From positions 1 to 64,000 of the IMG/VR virus record IMGVR_UViG_3300032607_000303: a stretch of 64,000 nucleotides of DNA. The stretch is one strand, 5' to 3'. The notes under the pieces were generated by a model. It was not told the DNA's origin, ran no database searches, and worked only from the letters and a program-made list of their open reading frames with translations. Below, piece after piece: positions 1 through 10,496 of this stretch. This stretch comes from a virus. A program made the position numbers and the translations under genes. How positions within the stretch are numbered: position 1 is the first letter of the stretch; every line of letters starts with the position of its first letter.

Positions 1-59
1 AATAGTCTTACAAAGGTTTCAACTAAACCTACCATACCATTAAATTAATAGGAAATTAA

Positions 60-1532
60 ATGACAACAGACGCACAAATGATAGCATGGCTTAAAAATGA
101 TTCTGCTATCCGCTGCGTCCTAATGGAAGTAGTAGTTTTAACAGGCGGTGTAGAAACTGTCAGATATATTTCTAATAGGGGGTACGTTACATACCCTTAC
201 GATACACCGCCTAACCAAGCATACATTCCTCTGATAGCTAGTGGCGTGAAGTTTACAGAAAGTTTATCTATAGATGGAACTCCTAGCCTATCCTATGGAA
301 GTATAGAGTTTGATAATTACTCAGGCGAGATTGACTCGTGGCTTAGTGATATATGGGTTAATAGGTCTGTAAAAATATATCTAGGAGATATGGCTTGGAA
401 TAGGTCACAATTCTATAAAATATTTGACGGTATTACAGCTACAAATGCTGCACCATCAAGAGATAAACTCTCTATTACTTTGAGTGATAAGATGTTGAGG
501 TTGAACACCACAATGTCTGAAGTGAAGCTAGGAGGAACATCTCCTAACTTTGATAAATTAATTCCCCTTCTTTTTGGAGAGTGTCATAACATATCACCTC
601 TGTTAATTGACAGTGCAACTGAAAAGTATCAAGTGCATAACGGGCCTATTGAGTCTATCATAGAAGTAAGAGACAATGGTGTCCCTGTCAGCTTCACCCC
701 CGATATACTTACAGGAACATTTGTACTGAATCAAGCAGTGGTAGGCACAATTACTTGCAGCGCTCAAGGGGATAAGCCAAGCCTCTATAGCAATAATGCT
801 GTGACAATAATAAAACGAATTGTCAAAGACTATGGCAATGCTCTGCAAAAATTGTCAGACTCTGATATTGACCTAATATCCTTTTCAAATTTTGCAGCAG
901 CTAACGTAGCACCTGTAGGAATATATCTAACGGATAAAGCTAACGTAATTGATGTTGTAAATAGGTTGTCATCAAGTATTGGTGCAAGAGCTGCAATGTC
1001 GAGGGAAGGCTTGCTGTACCTTGTCAAAGTTGATTTGCAAGGAATCTCAGGTGGGACATCTATTAACCCAGAAGACATGGTTCAGTTCAGTATTAATGTA
1101 GCCGAGTTGCCAACTGTTGTAGCGGCAGTGAAGTTAGGGTATTGTAGAAATTACACTGTACAGAGTAATCTTCAAACAGGCTTGCCAACATCTCACATTG
1201 ATTTGTTTGCTCTCGATTGGTTGTCAGTTACTAAGATTAATCAAACTACCTCTAGAAATTATAAGATGTTTGTAGACCCAGCCATGCAAGAGTCTGAGCT
1301 ATTGACCACAGCAGACGCTGACGTAGAAGCTAATCGTAGACTTGTATTGTTAGGTACGTATAGAAGAGTTATACGCTACCAAGGTCTTGGACACTTGTTG
1401 CTTGAAAAACTTGGAGGAATACAAACTATCAAGCACCCTCGATTTGGTCTATCAGGCGGTGTATCTGGACAAATTTTAAGTATAACGGCAGACTGGCTAA
1501 ACCCAAGGGTTGACATTAATGTACTACTGTAA
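60..1532 (+). CDS. Phage tail/baseplate hub-like structural protein
   Basis: 490-aa ORF with GGA RBS; IPLLFGECHNISP and VRDNGV motifs typical of siphophage tail-tip proteins; lies upstream of fibre genes. Confidence 0.65.
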   Translation: MTTDAQMIAWLKNDSAIRCVLMEVVVLTGGVETVRYISNRGYVTYPYDTPPNQAYIPLIASGVKFTESLSIDGTPSLSYGSIEFDNYSGEIDSWLSDIWVNRSVKIYLGDMAWNRSQFYKIFDGITATNAAPSRDKLSITLSDKMLRLNTTMSEVKLGGTSPNFDKLIPLLFGECHNISPLLIDSATEKYQVHNGPIESIIEVRDNGVPVSFTPDILTGTFVLNQAVVGTITCSAQGDKPSLYSNNAVTIIKRIVKDYGNALQKLSDSDIDLISFSNFAAANVAPVGIYLTDKANVIDVVNRLSSSIGARAAMSREGLLYLVKVDLQGISGGTSINPEDMVQFSINVAELPTVVAAVKLGYCRNYTVQSNLQTGLPTSHIDLFALDWLSVTKINQTTSRNYKMFVDPAMQESELLTTADADVEANRRLVLLGTYRRVIRYQGLGHLLLEKLGGIQTIKHPRFGLSGGVSGQILSITADWLNPRVDINVLL

Positions 1533-1541
1533 GGAGAATAA

Positions 1542-3509
1542 ATGAGCACTATTATAAATGCTAGGGATGTTCTCCTGCAAGCAACAGTACCGAGGTTACT
1601 TCCTGCTTTGCTTCCGGGAAACTTGACAGTTGCCACTACTAATGTTATAGGTTTTCCAGACTTCTACTCCAGTGTGCGATCTGTAGAAATTTCAACAACT
1701 AATCAAGTTTTTGTGAGTACGACCATAGCAGGAGTTACCCCGTCTAGTATTGTATTAACAGCAAAACTAAATAACATTCTAGGTACAGTTACTTGGAGTA
1801 TTGTCAGCGGCTCTGCTACATTTACTACAAATACTAACACGCTGTCTATAGCAAACAGCGGAATGACTTCTAACGTAGTAGTCTTTCAAGCCAGTGTAAC
1901 ATCAAACGGAATAACTTACACAGATAGAACTACTGTTGTAAAAGTTGTACAGGGTTCTTCCACTGTAACAGCATTCCTTACAAATGAGACTTTTTCTGTT
2001 GCCGCATTAGCTGCTGGAAGTGTCCTTAGTTATGCTTACTCTGGCGGTACATACAAAGTATTTAGCGGTTCTACCGAAGTAACAGGTACAGCAGTTGCAT
2101 ACTCAATAGTTTCATCTACAGGTGTCTCTGCTACCGTAGCTACAACAGGTATTTACTCTATAGACAACATGACGTCTGATAGTGCATCTTTTGTAATTAG
2201 GGCAATCTACGCTGGCATTACAGTAGATAAGACTTACTCTGTAACAAAGTCTAAGAGTACATTTAACGGGGATACAGGCTCTAACGGGGCAAGAGGTACA
2301 GTAAATATTGCACGTAGTATTACTGGTTCTATATGGTCAGATACAGAAGCTAGATTGGCACTATCTACCAATGGATACGGACTGCCACAGATAAGAGATA
2401 TTGTAACACTGTACAATACGTCTACTAATTATTCAGAGAGTAAGTTTTATGACGGAACTAATTTTCTGTCGCTAGATGCCTATGTTAATGGCAACTTACT
2501 GGTAACAGGTACAATTCTTTCTGATAAGATTGCAGCCAATGCTATTACTTCTATTAAGATTGCAGCGAATGCTATTACAGCAGACAAGATTACTGCTGGC
2601 ACTATAACAGCAGATAAAATTGATTCTCGTGGATTGTCTATAAAAGACGCAAACGGCAATATTATCCTAGCTGCTGGCAATGCGCTTGATTATACCAATG
2701 TAGGTGGGACTAAGCCTCCAAGCAATGCTAACTTTGTAAACAACACTAATCAGCTATTTGATGGCTCTAATTTAGGAGGCACAGCTAATTGGTCAGGTGT
2801 TGCTAACAATGACGGAAACTTGCCAGCTAATCGAGCCACAGTTGGGGCTACTTTCGGGACAAATGTTTTTGGTCAGATTACTAGATCAACCGCATCTACT
2901 TACATAGCAAACGCTGCTATTGACACCGCTCAAATTGCCAATCTTGCTGTGGGTAACGCACAGATTGCAAATGCAGCAATCACATCAGCTAAGATTGGTT
3001 CTTTGCAGGTAGATTCGCTTCAACTAGCTAACAATTCAGTTACTGTTCCAGTATTTACTGAAGACACAACTGTTTTGTATCAGTCTGTATTTACAACAGG
3101 AGGTAACGGTAGATATACAAATAAATATATTCCTATACTAGAGGTTACTGATGACTTTAGTGGATCAGACGTAGTTGTGTTTATAGGAATACGTGGTGAG
3201 CTGACAAGCGCAAGTCAATCTTGGGCGGGTCAGCAACCTACAGACGAGCTAACTTTAAGTCCTGCTCGTAATTGGGAGGATATTACAGTCAACATTGCTG
3301 TAAATAACATCATTGTAAAGCGCATTGCCTATGCATCTTATTTACATGTGGGTGTTTTAACATTAAGAAGCTCATTTCATCGAGTAACAAACATACCTTC
3401 AGGTGTGTGTACTATTAGCCTTATGTCAAACTATAGAGCTGATGGTGATGCGGGTGTAATCATTCAACGTGGCCCTATTGGTATGTACGTTCTAGGAGTA
3501 AAGAAATGA
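1542..3509 (+). CDS. Tail tip/central fibre protein
   Basis: 655 aa, Thr/Ser-rich beta domains, 10-aa repeats KIAANAITAD and IANAAIDTAQ typical of tail-tip proteins; AAGGAG RBS. Confidence 0.75.
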   Translation: MSTIINARDVLLQATVPRLLPALLPGNLTVATTNVIGFPDFYSSVRSVEISTTNQVFVSTTIAGVTPSSIVLTAKLNNILGTVTWSIVSGSATFTTNTNTLSIANSGMTSNVVVFQASVTSNGITYTDRTTVVKVVQGSSTVTAFLTNETFSVAALAAGSVLSYAYSGGTYKVFSGSTEVTGTAVAYSIVSSTGVSATVATTGIYSIDNMTSDSASFVIRAIYAGITVDKTYSVTKSKSTFNGDTGSNGARGTVNIARSITGSIWSDTEARLALSTNGYGLPQIRDIVTLYNTSTNYSESKFYDGTNFLSLDAYVNGNLLVTGTILSDKIAANAITSIKIAANAITADKITAGTITADKIDSRGLSIKDANGNIILAAGNALDYTNVGGTKPPSNANFVNNTNQLFDGSNLGGTANWSGVANNDGNLPANRATVGATFGTNVFGQITRSTASTYIANAAIDTAQIANLAVGNAQIANAAITSAKIGSLQVDSLQLANNSVTVPVFTEDTTVLYQSVFTTGGNGRYTNKYIPILEVTDDFSGSDVVVFIGIRGELTSASQSWAGQQPTDELTLSPARNWEDITVNIAVNNIIVKRIAYASYLHVGVLTLRSSFHRVTNIPSGVCTISLMSNYRADGDAGVIIQRGPIGMYVLGVKK

Positions 3510-4123
3510 TTACAATCTATAGTATTGCTACAGGAGCAATAAAAAGAACTCTATCTTGTCGTGAGGTTTCAATTCCATTCAATATAAAAGAAGGCGAAGG
3601 GTATGTTGAAGGAGAGTTTTCTTCTACTGACCACTATATATATGATGGGATACTTCATGCGTACTCTGAAGATGAAATTTTATTGATGGCTTCAGTTCCT
3701 TTAGGATGGAAGTGGCAAATGCCAGAACGTATTGCTGTAGATACCAGAGCACTAGAGCAAGCCAAGGCAACAGCAGCTTCACGTATCAATGTAGATCGAG
3801 ATCGTGCTGTAGCTTTCTTTGATCGCTTCACCTATGACTCTGTGATTTACGATGGCAATGCTGCTGCTCAAGAGAATATACGTGTAGCCGCCTTTATTGC
3901 AAATTCAAACACGCCTTTGCCAGAAGGATTTTCTTGGAGGTCTTTTGATAACGTAGACGTTCCTATGAATAAAGAACAACTACTAGGACTTCAAATAGCT
4001 CTACTCCAATCACTAGCTGCGGTAACTTTTAACTCTCACAAAATTGCTAGAGATTTAAAAAGTGAAATAGAGTCAGCTACAACAAACGAACAAGTGGACG
4101 CTATTAAGTGGCCTACTAAATAA
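3506..4123 (+). CDS. Tail fibre assembly chaperone-like protein (DUF4376-like C-terminus)
   Basis: ATGA overlap with the fibre gene; FSWRSFDNVDVPM and LKSEIESATTNEQVDAIKW pattern. Confidence 0.7.
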   Translation: MITIYSIATGAIKRTLSCREVSIPFNIKEGEGYVEGEFSSTDHYIYDGILHAYSEDEILLMASVPLGWKWQMPERIAVDTRALEQAKATAASRINVDRDRAVAFFDRFTYDSVIYDGNAAAQENIRVAAFIANSNTPLPEGFSWRSFDNVDVPMNKEQLLGLQIALLQSLAAVTFNSHKIARDLKSEIESATTNEQVDAIKWPTK

Positions 4124-4132
4124 GGAGCACTT

Positions 4133-4963
4133 GTGTCAAACCTGAGAATTTTATACGACATAGCCTCGGATAGAGCGACACTAACAGCCTCTACAACAGC
4201 TGGTAGTTTAGTTGTCGATAATTTAAAAAGTAATCATAAAAGTCTTGTATGGCGGTCAACTTCTACAACTGCTTCCCTGACAGCAACTTGGACAACACCA
4301 GAGTTTGTAGGATGTATTGCAATACCTTTCTGCAATTTTACATCAACGGCTACAATACGTGTAAGAGTTTATACGGACGCAGCAGGAAATGAACTTGTCT
4401 TTGATACAGGAGTTGTTCTAGCTTGCCCATATAGCCCTCTAGGTGCTTTTAAGTGGGGTGAGGAACCCATAGGAGTTAATTCTTATACTTATGGGGGCGG
4501 AACTTATGCATCTGTGTGGACACCTATAAAGACAGCTAGAAAAGTTGTAATAGACATAGTTGATGATGGGAACCCGGCAGGATATTTAGATTGTGGTAGG
4601 TTGGTTGTTGGTGGCTATTGGACTCCAATTTATAATCCTCAATACAGTGCTACAGCAACTTCGCAAGACACATCAAGACAATATAGAACAGAGGCTGGCG
4701 AGCTATTGTCAGATATCGGAACTGTAAGTAAAAGACTTAATATTAATCTTTCTATTCTAGTACCCAGTGATAGAGCAGCGTTTTGGCGGTCTATACGTAA
4801 CGTAGGTATGTCTAAGCCTATTTTTGTTAGCTTGTTCCCAGATGACCCGGACTCTGAGCTAGAGCAAACGCATCAAATATTCGGAAAGCTGCCTACACTT
4901 GGGGCTATTTCTGCAAGCAGCTACAATTTATATTCTGCACCACTAGAAGTCGAGGAAATTTAG
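4133..4963 (+). CDS. Virion structural protein (distal tail-like)
   Basis: GTG start after AAGGAG; NFTSTATIRVR and GYLDCGRLVVG motifs seen in tail-module proteins. Confidence 0.6.
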   Translation: MSNLRILYDIASDRATLTASTTAGSLVVDNLKSNHKSLVWRSTSTTASLTATWTTPEFVGCIAIPFCNFTSTATIRVRVYTDAAGNELVFDTGVVLACPYSPLGAFKWGEEPIGVNSYTYGGGTYASVWTPIKTARKVVIDIVDDGNPAGYLDCGRLVVGGYWTPIYNPQYSATATSQDTSRQYRTEAGELLSDIGTVSKRLNINLSILVPSDRAAFWRSIRNVGMSKPIFVSLFPDDPDSELEQTHQIFGKLPTLGAISASSYNLYSAPLEVEEI

Positions 4964-5263
4964 ATGAGCGACACTTTCTACCCCGGACAAAAAGATTACA
5001 TTGCTAAACTTAATACTCTAGCTTTGGCTGGCGACATAACAGCAGGTGTATCTAGCGTAGTTGGATTTGCCACAGCAGCGTCGGCTAGTGCTACTACTTC
5101 TAGTAATGCTGCTACACAGTCTGGAATTAGCGCTACAACATCTTCTACGGCTGCTGCATCAGCATTAGACTCAAAGAACACTATTGATTCTACAATATTA
5201 AATCTTGCTAATAATCTAATACAGACACAGGCTATTGTAGCTGAGTATCACGCATTTAACTAA
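4964..5263 (+). CDS. Short tail-fibre adaptor/anchor protein
   Basis: Ala/Ser-rich; N-terminus paralogous to 9353..9781. Confidence 0.55.
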   Translation: MSDTFYPGQKDYIAKLNTLALAGDITAGVSSVVGFATAASASATTSSNAATQSGISATTSSTAAASALDSKNTIDSTILNLANNLIQTQAIVAEYHAFN

Positions 5264-5293
5264 TAACTACAAATTATAAAAGGCTCTCTACTT

Positions 5294-8200
5294 ATGGCAA
5301 CTATTGACGATCTTACTAATTCTACAACTGCATTGCTTAGCGCTGTCAATGTTGGCAAAGCAACGCTTGATGCTAAAGTTGCTACTGCTACTACACAAGC
5401 TACGGCAGCAGCAGGGAGTGCTACAGCAGCCTCAGCATCAAACACAACTGCCCAATCAGCGCTTGCAGGCACAAGCTCAGCAGCAGCACAAGCAGCTAAT
5501 GCACGCGATCAAGCAATTACAGCATCGCAAGTAGCTACAGCGGCTAATGAAGTATTGGCAGCACAAAGCCAGTCTCTGCACTCTGGTTCAATCGTCAAGA
5601 TGTTTCCATATGACACAGGCAAGGATTCTGATCCGGGTTGGGTGAAGCGCTGCCAAGATAAAAGCTGGTTTAATGAAAGTCTTGGTGGCGATAAGTGGAT
5701 CGGCCAGAAAGCTACATTGGCATTAGCTTGGGCTACTACTGGCGCAGCAGTCAATACCGTGTATCAGAACACGGCAGATAAGAAATTCTATTCGCTCGGC
5801 GGCACAAGTGCAGCGCCTACGCAGACAGAAGTATTCCGAGGAATCTCGCGTGAGTTTCCAGCTACTTCGATGATTGTGGCTGAGTCAGGTCGTGTGATTA
5901 TTTATGACACAGCGACAGTGGGTGCGCCGATGTGGATGGTGTTTATCTCCGGCAATAGCAATGCAATTCATGTTGGTTCGATTCTTTCCACTGCTGCAAT
6001 AAATGGAAAGTTAATCGTTGGCTCCACAACTCAATTACAAGAAATTGACTTTATTCGAGATGCAACAAACTGGCGTGATGGCGGTAGAAGCTATGTAAGA
6101 AATGGTGTCCTGAGTACCAGAAATACAGCTACGTCATTTACTAATCTTAGTGTGGATGGGAAAATAGTTAACAGCACGGTCAACGACATTGCAGTAACCA
6201 TCCTCGACTCTGCACCTGTTGATCCAGCTACGGGTATGAAGGTGCCGACAATTGCTGTGTTCACTGATGGTGGAATTTCAATTATTAAAGATAATGGCAC
6301 GGTAGTTAATAGTGCTGAAACTGCAAGTTTTAAACATGGCGCAATTCGTAAATCTGATAATTCGATTTTAGCAGATAAAGGTTTGCAATCTTCTGCTTCT
6401 TGGTACGCCAGAAATTTAGAGCAACTGGGAGCGTCTTTTGGAATGTTTAACTACTCCCAGGCTTCTATTCCTGCTAGTTCAGTTAGCGGTAATTTTGTTC
6501 TGTCTGCGACAGAAGCAAAAGGTGCATCTGAAATAGTACGAGGAAGTTCTTCTAATGGTGTTGCATACATTAAAGAAAATCCATCCTCCCCAACCAAAGG
6601 CATGGTCGCAGCAATCACCAACGCCTATGCAACCGGATGGCAAGTCGGTAATTCGTTACTCAGCACACTAGCTGATACTGTCGCAGAGACTATTACAGCT
6701 TCGGGTGAGTTGGTAACGAATGGTACGTTTGATGCTGATGTGAGTGGGTGGAGCGCAACCAATGCAAACCTGACCTTTGATGCAGGCAGGTTAAAAGTTA
6801 CTACTATTACTTCAGCAGCGGGTTTTGCAGGACAAGTAATACCAACTGTTGTTGGTAAGTCTTACACTTTCTCTGTATCTTATCAGCCCGGTGCCGCTAT
6901 TTCCGCAGTATCGGTAGGGTCAGCGCCTGGAGGGACTAACCTATTTACTCAGATATTAGCGGGTAGTGGAGTACTCACTGGAACATTTACGGCAAGCACA
7001 ACAACATCTTATCTACTCCTACAGCCATTTACTAACGCTGCTGGTCAGATTGCCTATTTCGACAACATCAGCGTAAAACTAGCTGAACCAGATCGCTCAG
7101 TAAAGAACAAAGGTCTAATCCTTAACGGTACATTGACCAAATCAGCAGTAGCTACTGGCGCTAACTTAATGGCTTACTCTGGTTTCTCTGCGAGTAACTA
7201 TTTAAGCCAAGAATACAATAGTGATCTGGACTTTGGGACTGGTGATTTTAGTATTATGGGTTGGGTGAAAATTAGCAGTAGTAGCAGTAATGGAGACTCA
7301 ACAGTTTTATATAAATATTCGTCTAACCCTGTATCAGACCCACCAAACGGAATAAACGTATGGGTGTACCGAGATAGTGGTGGTGCTAGAATTAAAACAT
7401 GGTTAGGCACAGTTTCTTTAGATACTCCCGTTGGCTCTGTACCTGCGGATACATGGTTTCTTTTAACTATTCAGCGATCAGCAGGAATTGTATATATTTA
7501 CAACGGAGATCAACTTATCTCCAGTAATACTAATACATCCTCCATGACACTACTAAACTCATATCTTAGAGTGGGTAGTGGTCTGTATGCCAACAGTGGA
7601 AACAGTCTTTCTTTGTTCCGTATCTCCGCGACTGCTGCCAGCCAAGATCAAATTCAGCACATCTATCGCACCGAACTTGCCCTGTTCCAACCTAACGCTC
7701 AATGCACAATTGACGGTACATCATCTGCTATCACAGCAATGGCTTATGACGATAGCACTGACCTCCTGCAAGTCGGTACATCGTGGGGTCGTAGCTCATT
7801 TAAAGACTTGCTGCGTGTAGATTCGGAAGTCTCGACTATTGGTGCGATCACGACCATTGCATCAAGCAATGGTGCTGTAAGCATTGGATCGACTACTGGT
7901 TCAAGTCTTCGTCAACCTTCGATGAAACTGCGTGCTGAGTTGACTCGTCGGATTGAAGCTGCAAGGTTGAAGGGTAACGCGCTGGTTCCATTTGAATTTG
8001 ATGCAATCACTGGTCAGACAGCTTTCACTCTCCCGAAAGGCTATACGGCGGTATCTGTCTACTCTGGTGAGTTGAAGAAACGAGAAGGCTCAACGAAAAC
8101 TTGGACTCGTAGCTTTGATGGTTTTAAAGAAACTATCAACTTTGCTGTAGCTCCGGGTAACGCAGTATGGGTATCCATTCTCGCTAAACAATCCAACTAA
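5294..8200 (+). CDS. Tail fibre/receptor-binding protein with carbohydrate-binding and LamG-like domains
   Basis: 968 aa; Ala-rich N-terminal coil, ELVTNGTFDADVSGW CBM-like repeat, DFGTGDFSIMGWVK LamG signature. Confidence 0.8.
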   Translation: MATIDDLTNSTTALLSAVNVGKATLDAKVATATTQATAAAGSATAASASNTTAQSALAGTSSAAAQAANARDQAITASQVATAANEVLAAQSQSLHSGSIVKMFPYDTGKDSDPGWVKRCQDKSWFNESLGGDKWIGQKATLALAWATTGAAVNTVYQNTADKKFYSLGGTSAAPTQTEVFRGISREFPATSMIVAESGRVIIYDTATVGAPMWMVFISGNSNAIHVGSILSTAAINGKLIVGSTTQLQEIDFIRDATNWRDGGRSYVRNGVLSTRNTATSFTNLSVDGKIVNSTVNDIAVTILDSAPVDPATGMKVPTIAVFTDGGISIIKDNGTVVNSAETASFKHGAIRKSDNSILADKGLQSSASWYARNLEQLGASFGMFNYSQASIPASSVSGNFVLSATEAKGASEIVRGSSSNGVAYIKENPSSPTKGMVAAITNAYATGWQVGNSLLSTLADTVAETITASGELVTNGTFDADVSGWSATNANLTFDAGRLKVTTITSAAGFAGQVIPTVVGKSYTFSVSYQPGAAISAVSVGSAPGGTNLFTQILAGSGVLTGTFTASTTTSYLLLQPFTNAAGQIAYFDNISVKLAEPDRSVKNKGLILNGTLTKSAVATGANLMAYSGFSASNYLSQEYNSDLDFGTGDFSIMGWVKISSSSSNGDSTVLYKYSSNPVSDPPNGINVWVYRDSGGARIKTWLGTVSLDTPVGSVPADTWFLLTIQRSAGIVYIYNGDQLISSNTNTSSMTLLNSYLRVGSGLYANSGNSLSLFRISATAASQDQIQHIYRTELALFQPNAQCTIDGTSSAITAMAYDDSTDLLQVGTSWGRSSFKDLLRVDSEVSTIGAITTIASSNGAVSIGSTTGSSLRQPSMKLRAELTRRIEAARLKGNALVPFEFDAITGQTAFTLPKGYTAVSVYSGELKKREGSTKTWTRSFDGFKETINFAVAPGNAVWVSILAKQSN

Positions 8201-8209
8201 ATCAAATAA

Positions 8210-8223
8210 GGGGCTTCGGCCCC
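8210..8223 (+). other. UUCG tetraloop hairpin between genes
   Basis: GGGGC-TTCG-GCCCC followed by an RBS, with no U-tract. Confidence 0.6.
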
Positions 8224-8238
8224 GATAAGGAAATAATT

Positions 8239-8739
8239 ATGAGTATTGTAAATTTGATGGCGTCGGATATTTGGAGTGAAGCGGATATTGTAGGTCGTAC
8301 CGAGGCTATGATTTCTTCGCAGTTTAGCTACACAACAACAATGATTATAAATCGTAAAGTTACGGCTGCTTCTATTGGCTTATACTTAATGAGTGTTGAG
8401 GAAGAAAAAGAAGTTGAGAAATACTCAAACTTGTGTATATCCGCAGCAATTGCTGGTGATTTAGCTAGGTCTGATATGGCCCTACTACACCTTGTCATAG
8501 ATCACGAAGTAGCAGAAACTAGACTACTGGCTTTAAAAATAACTGAGCCAGAAACAGTTACAGTTGTAGACGCTGAAGGTGTTGAAAGTGAACAAGCTAA
8601 CCCGGCAATAACTGCTGATGCTAGTGAACGTAAAGTAGCACAAGCAACTATTGATAGCTCTTCTAAAGCAGTAGTAGAACTTGTCGCAGCTCGTAAGCCA
8701 GTAGTCGTAGACGTAGAAGTTTTTGCAGAGGCACTATAA
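8239..8739 (+). CDS. Hypothetical tail-associated protein
   Basis: 166-aa ORF with AAGGA RBS directly after the fibre gene. Confidence 0.6.
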   Translation: MSIVNLMASDIWSEADIVGRTEAMISSQFSYTTTMIINRKVTAASIGLYLMSVEEEKEVEKYSNLCISAAIAGDLARSDMALLHLVIDHEVAETRLLALKITEPETVTVVDAEGVESEQANPAITADASERKVAQATIDSSSKAVVELVAARKPVVVDVEVFAEAL

Positions 8740-9062
8740 TGGTTTTCTACACTAACTTCCTAGTCCCTAGTAATTCAGCAGCTATAACTATTGGTTTTGT
8801 TATACTAATTAGGCCGGAGTATATAAATGACATTGGACTACTAAAACATGAGAAAGTACATGTTAGACAATGGAAAGAATCATTTGGAATGTTTTGGCCT
8901 AGATACTTGTTAAGCAAGCGCTGGCGTAGAGATTACGAAGTTGAGGCATATAAAGAACAACTGAAATATTCACCAAATAACATTGAAACTTTCTCAAAAT
9001 ATTTGTCATGTAATTACAGGCTTGGAATTTCTAAAGATATTGCTAGGTCGCTACTTAAATAA
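8739..9062 (+). CDS. Small HExxH zinc-metallopeptidase-like protein
   Basis: LLKHEKVHVRQW and downstream YEVEAY. Confidence 0.55.
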   Translation: MVFYTNFLVPSNSAAITIGFVILIRPEYINDIGLLKHEKVHVRQWKESFGMFWPRYLLSKRWRRDYEVEAYKEQLKYSPNNIETFSKYLSCNYRLGISKDIARSLLK

Positions 9063-9070
9063 AGGCTTGT

Positions 9071-9304
9071 ATGGATATACCGTATGACAAACGACTTCAT
9101 ATAATTGTTGGTTGTGCTATTTTCCTATTTGCCTCCACAGTATTCCCTGTAGATATTTCCATAGGCTCTGTTATTGTAGCAGGTATAGGTAAGGAAATAT
9201 ACGATTACTTTCATCCAAATCACACATGCGATTTTTGGGATGCACTAGCTACTTTTGCAGGCGGCGCAATAGGCTTTCTAGCAAGATATTTTCTGGAGTA
9301 TTAA
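9071..9304 (+). CDS. Small membrane protein (VanZ-like)
   Basis: DKRLH...GKEIYD...DALAT pattern with hydrophobic helices. Confidence 0.55.
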   Translation: MDIPYDKRLHIIVGCAIFLFASTVFPVDISIGSVIVAGIGKEIYDYFHPNHTCDFWDALATFAGGAIGFLARYFLEY

Positions 9305-9352
9305 TTTAGTTTTGTGTAGAGTTATATGATAAATTTAAACTTAGGGAATTAA

Positions 9353-9781
9353 ATGAGTAATATCTTCTTTCAAGGTCAAACAGACTACGTTGAAAAATTG
9401 AATGCTTTGGCACTTGCTTCTGAGGTTGCTCAAATACCAGCAAATGCTGCTGCTGCTCAGAATAGTGCAAACAGTGCTTCTAGTAGTGCTTCTAATGCTT
9501 CTTCGTCAGCCGCCGCAGCGTTGGCTTCAAAAAACTCAGCAGCCTCTACTTACGAAAACTTCAATGCTAACTATCTCGGAGCTAAATCAACAGCGCCTAC
9601 AGTAGACAATGCAGGAGGCACGTTTGTGGATGGTTTTACAACTTATAACACTACCGGAATTGGTTTAGTTAATTTGACAATTTTAGGAGCAAGGTTATCC
9701 TTTAACGCGACTGGTACTTCTGCTGGTAGAGGTGCTCTTTTTAACGGTAACGCGGTGGTTTCATTTTCAGCGGAGCTATAA
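9353..9781 (+). CDS. Short (possibly internally deleted) tail fibre protein
   Basis: Anchor N-terminus plus YLGAKSTAPTVDN, joined to a C-terminal ...FSAEL end; followed by a chaperone-like gene. Confidence 0.55.
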   Translation: MSNIFFQGQTDYVEKLNALALASEVAQIPANAAAAQNSANSASSSASNASSSAAAALASKNSAASTYENFNANYLGAKSTAPTVDNAGGTFVDGFTTYNTTGIGLVNLTILGARLSFNATGTSAGRGALFNGNAVVSFSAEL

Positions 9782-10159
9782 ATGTACAAACTAACAAACT
9801 CAACTTCCATAATTCGTATCTCAGACGGGGCATACATTCCAAATGACCCAGCGAACACTGATTACGCGGAATACCTTGTATGGCTCGACGAAGGCAATAC
9901 GCCAGAACCCGCCGACCCTATCGTGATTCCTATACCAACAGTTATCAGCATGTCGCAAGCGCAACTTGCTCTGTACGCTGCCGGTCATCTTGATCGCATT
10001 GAAGCAGAGATTGGAACGCTGCCAAGAGAGGCGCAAATTCTATGGAAGAAAGCAAACACTGTTGTTCGCGGTGATGCTCTTGTGACTCAACTGGCCGGGT
10101 TCCTTGGACTAACTGGAACAGAAGTTGATAATTTATTTACGGAGGCATCAAAGCTATGA
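9782..10159 (+). CDS. Tail fibre chaperone-like protein
   Basis: [27 protein letters not shown] motif typical of fibre assembly proteins. Confidence 0.7.
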   Translation: MYKLTNSTSIIRISDGAYIPNDPANTDYAEYLVWLDEGNTPEPADPIVIPIPTVISMSQAQLALYAAGHLDRIEAEIGTLPREAQILWKKANTVVRGDALVTQLAGFLGLTGTEVDNLFTEASKL

Positions 10160-10488
10160 TTATCTTTGCGATAGGGATAGTCAGTATATACACTCTTTGG
10201 ATATTCTATTTAGCCGTTATGAACTTACAGCGTGCTAGGGACTCAGGGAAGCTAACTAAATCAGCCTATTACCTTGGTCTTCCAATACTGTACACTGGAT
10301 TGCTAATAGATTTCTTGGTAAACATATTTATCCTAAGTTTTATTTTTATAGACTTGCCAAAAGAATTTCTAGTAACTTCAAGACTAAAAAGATATGTAAA
10401 CAATGAAAGTGGTTGGCGTAAAAAGCTTGCTATTTGGTTTGCACTTAACCTGCTAGACTCTTTTGACCCTAGCGGCAAACACATCTAA
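10156..10488 (+). CDS. Membrane protein in lysis region
   Basis: Two hydrophobic segments; C-terminal [10 protein letters not shown]. Confidence 0.6.
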   Translation: MIIFAIGIVSIYTLWIFYLAVMNLQRARDSGKLTKSAYYLGLPILYTGLLIDFLVNIFILSFIFIDLPKEFLVTSRLKRYVNNESGWRKKLAIWFALNLLDSFDPSGKHI

Positions 10489-10496
10489 GGAAAATT

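Noticed and set aside
1542-9781. Diversity-generating retroelement
   Set aside because: No reverse transcriptase and no TR/VR repeat pair visible
5294-10159. Gin/Cin-type invertible tail-fibre cassette driven by the serine recombinase
   Set aside because: No inverted fibre half-genes or convincing gix/hix-like repeats were seen; all genes are on the + strand
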